From positions 124,001 to 188,000 of the forward strand of contig OZ251233.1 of NCBI GenBank assembly GCA_965240325.2: DNA of 64,000 nt, read 5' to 3'. Made by a program: the position numbers and the translations under genes. Position 1 is the stretch's first letter; the number at the start of each line of letters is the position of its first letter. Source of the stretch: Rebecca billardiae RCC1528 (taxonomy: Eukaryota; Protista; Haptophyta). Under the pieces are notes generated by a model. The model did not search any database. It was not told the origin of the DNA and was given only the letters and a program-made list of their open reading frames with translations. Shown piece by piece: positions 61,892 through 64,000 of this stretch.

Positions 61892-64000
61892 TCACGGACG
61901 GCCCGCCGCCTGCTGCCGCCAGCCGAGCGTCCACGCCGTCGCGACGAAGCCCGCCGCCTCGCTCTCGTCCTGCGCACCGCCGTCGCCACCAAGCGCGGCG
62001 GCCGCCGCCGAGCCGTTGGCGCGCAGGTGCGCGCCCTCTGGCGCGTACGGCAGCAGGGAGGCGGGCGTGTACGGCACGTGGTGGAACGTGCCGTCGTACT
62101 CGGCCGCCTCGGAGCAGCACCAGGAGCCGGTGCCGCCGCGCAGCTGCTCCCAGAAGGCGAGCGCGTCCGCCTGCCGCGCGTGCGCGCGGAACAGCGTGCG
62201 CACGTCGCCGAGGTCGAGCACGCGCGCGGCGCAGCCGCCGAGCGCGGCGCGCAGCTCGTCGTCCGAGGCGGGCGGCGCGTCCGCGCGGAGGCAGCAGCCG
62301 TCGGCGGGCGCGCCGTCGTCGCGCGCGCACTCGCGCGCGCGCGCGCGCGAGCGCAGCAGCTCGAGCGGCACGCGCGGGTCCTCGAGGAACCCCTTCTCCC
62401 TGTGCGCGAACCCGTCGCCCACCTTGCCGCGCTTGGTGCCGCGCAGCCAGAGCGCCGCGTCGAGCCAATGGTCTGCAGGGCAGTCGTGCGGCAGCCGCGC
62501 GGGCGAGGAGGCGTCGCACCCCTCGCGCACGTGGCCCGGGCCGAGGCCGTACTCGCACGTGCACCGCACGCGCGGCAGCACGAGCGCGCGGCCGAGCGCG
62601 TGCGCCGCCGCCAGCGCCGCGCTGAACTGCGAGTGCTGCGCCGCCATCAGCCGCAGGTGGCGCGCGGGCACGCCGCGCGGCGGCAGCGTGTCGGCGCCCT
62701 CGAGCAGCGGCCGCGGCAGCACGGGCGTGTACGTGAGGAAGCGGCCGTCGGTGTAGTGCGACGGCGGGTCGGCGAAGAGCCCGAGCTCCCTCAGCCGCAT
62801 CAGCTTGTTCGCCGGGCGCTGCCAGCGCAGGAACGTCGCGTGCACGCCGATGGGCTCGACTTGGCGCAGCGTGTGCAGCGCGCGCACCTGGAAGGAGAGG
62901 GCGGAGAGGAACTGGGCGGCGGGGAGGACGCCGAGGCGCGCGCCGCCGCCGAGCATCGCGCACGCGTGGCCCGCCGTGCCCTGCCACTCGCGCACCGTCG
63001 TCTGCCCCTTCCACGCGCGGTTGATCGGCCCCTGGTCGCTCTTGCCCCACGGGAGCTCCGCGGCGGCGCGCGCGGCCGCGCCCAGCAGCGCAAGACCGCC
63101 CGCGCTCGGCCGCGCGGCGAGGATGCCGATGTTGAGCGACTTGGCGCAGGTGGGCGCGGCCTCGAGCTCGAGCTCGGCGGGCGCGCCGCGCAGCCGCGGG
63201 TGCGGCCGCAGCCCGAGCATCCGCGCCCCGTCGTTCGACGCGTCCGTCGAGACCAGCGCGTCCACGGCGCCGTGCGCGGCCAGCGCGCCGAGGACGTACG
63301 GGCGCGGGTCCCGCACCCACGCGACGTCCACGTCCGAGACGAGGACGGCGTGCACGCGCGCGGCGGCGGCGACGCGGAGGAAGTGCAACGCGTGCGCCCA
63401 GCGCCCGGCCTGCGCGTTCCGCACGCCGCCGCCGCCGCCGCCGCCGCCCGCGCGCGGCGCGTGCGCGCTCGGCTGCTCGAGCTGCACCGAGCCGAGCGCG
63501 GCGTACACGCCCACGCCCGCGGCCTGGAGCTGGCGCGCGAGCAGCGTGCGGTTGCCGCCCGGGTCCATCATGCCCACGAGCACGGCGCACTCGCCCACGC
63601 GCTGCAGCAGCTGCGCCGAGAACGAGCGCAGCATGTCGGGCACGCCGCTCGCGAGCGCGACGATGGCGACGCGACCGTCCGCGCCCGCGTGCGCGCGCAC
63701 CATCTCCGCGCTGAGCGGCAGCAGCGCGTCGTTGCCGGCGAAGCCGCAGGGTGACGTGGCGGCGGGCTGCTCGCTGAAGAGGTGCGGCAGCTGCCGCGCC
63801 GACGCAGACGTGCCGCGCAGCGCCGCGTGGCCACGCGGCGCCGCTACGCGTACCAACGGCGGCACCGCGGGCGCGCCGCGACTCGCGCCGCTCGGCGCCG
63901 GCGAGCGTGGGCGGGCGCCCGCGACGCCAGCGATGACAACACGGCTCGGCTCCGATGCCGGCCGCGCGAGCGGCGCCAGGAGCGCGAGCGCCGCCGTGAG
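61892..64000 (-). CDS. GT77 nucleotide-diphospho-sugar transferase, XEG113-like; 5' end lies outside the window
   Basis: DxD motif VLVSDVDVAWVRDP, NIGIL, DQ, VHATF, KLMRLRELGLFADPPSHY and ALGRALVLPRVRC. The frame stays open to the window edge, where it reads a hydrophobic LTAALALL segment. Confidence 0.85.
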   Translation of the reverse strand, partial: LTAALALLAPLARPASEPSRVVIAGVAGARPRSPAPSGASRGAPAVPPLVRVAAPRGHAALRGTSASARQLPHLFSEQPAATSPCGFAGNDALLPLSAEMVRAHAGADGRVAIVALASGVPDMLRSFSAQLLQRVGECAVLVGMMDPGGNRTLLARQLQAAGVGVYAALGSVQLEQPSAHAPRAGGGGGGGGVRNAQAGRWAHALHFLRVAAAARVHAVLVSDVDVAWVRDPRPYVLGALAAHGAVDALVSTDASNDGARMLGLRPHPRLRGAPAELELEAAPTCAKSLNIGILAARPSAGGLALLGAAARAAAELPWGKSDQGPINRAWKGQTTVREWQGTAGHACAMLGGGARLGVLPAAQFLSALSFQVRALHTLRQVEPIGVHATFLRWQRPANKLMRLRELGLFADPPSHYTDGRFLTYTPVLPRPLLEGADTLPPRGVPARHLRLMAAQHSQFSAALAAAHALGRALVLPRVRCTCEYGLGPGHVREGCDASSPARLPHDCPADHWLDAALWLRGTKRGKVGDGFAHREKGFLEDPRVPLELLRSRARARECARDDGAPADGCCLRADAPPASDDELRAALGGCAARVLDLGDVRTLFRAHARQADALAFWEQLRGGTGSWCCSEAAEYDGTFHHVPYTPASLLPYAPEGAHLRANGSAAAAALGGDGGAQDESEAAGFVATAWTLGWRQQAAGRP

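Overview
This is a very GC-rich, gene-dense eukaryotic nuclear window. Genes are separated by short AT/TA-rich spacers and carry short GT-AG introns of a GTGCG...GCAG type. The composition, intron style and plastid-targeted genes with bipartite-like leaders suggest an alga with a secondary plastid, most likely a haptophyte such as Pavlovales (inference only). Most ORFs in the six-frame track are GC-rich shadow frames. About 20 real genes are supportable: an OSCA/TMEM63-like channel, two PX-domain proteins, PAP/fibrillin, a PsbP-like lumen protein, a Cys-repeat/Pro-rich/TM/WW receptor-like protein, LSM14, a ZFC3H1-like protein, a TEX264-like protein, a kinesin, an MFS transporter, a GT47 exostosin, an extensin-LRR membrane protein, a GT77 XEG113-like transferase and several unknowns. 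The standout is a 5-exon gene (44122-46456) whose spliced frame joins a complete triosephosphate isomerase to a complete signal peptide peptidase with no stop codon between them. Other notable items are a ~310-bp-arm foldback directly upstream of that gene, a TA-flanked MITE, a three-copy TGT...ACA element family, a tandem-repeat ORF that repeats a signal-peptide-like segment, and an extensin-like gene next to candidate arabinosyltransferases. All calls come from motif recognition by eye; no database search was run.
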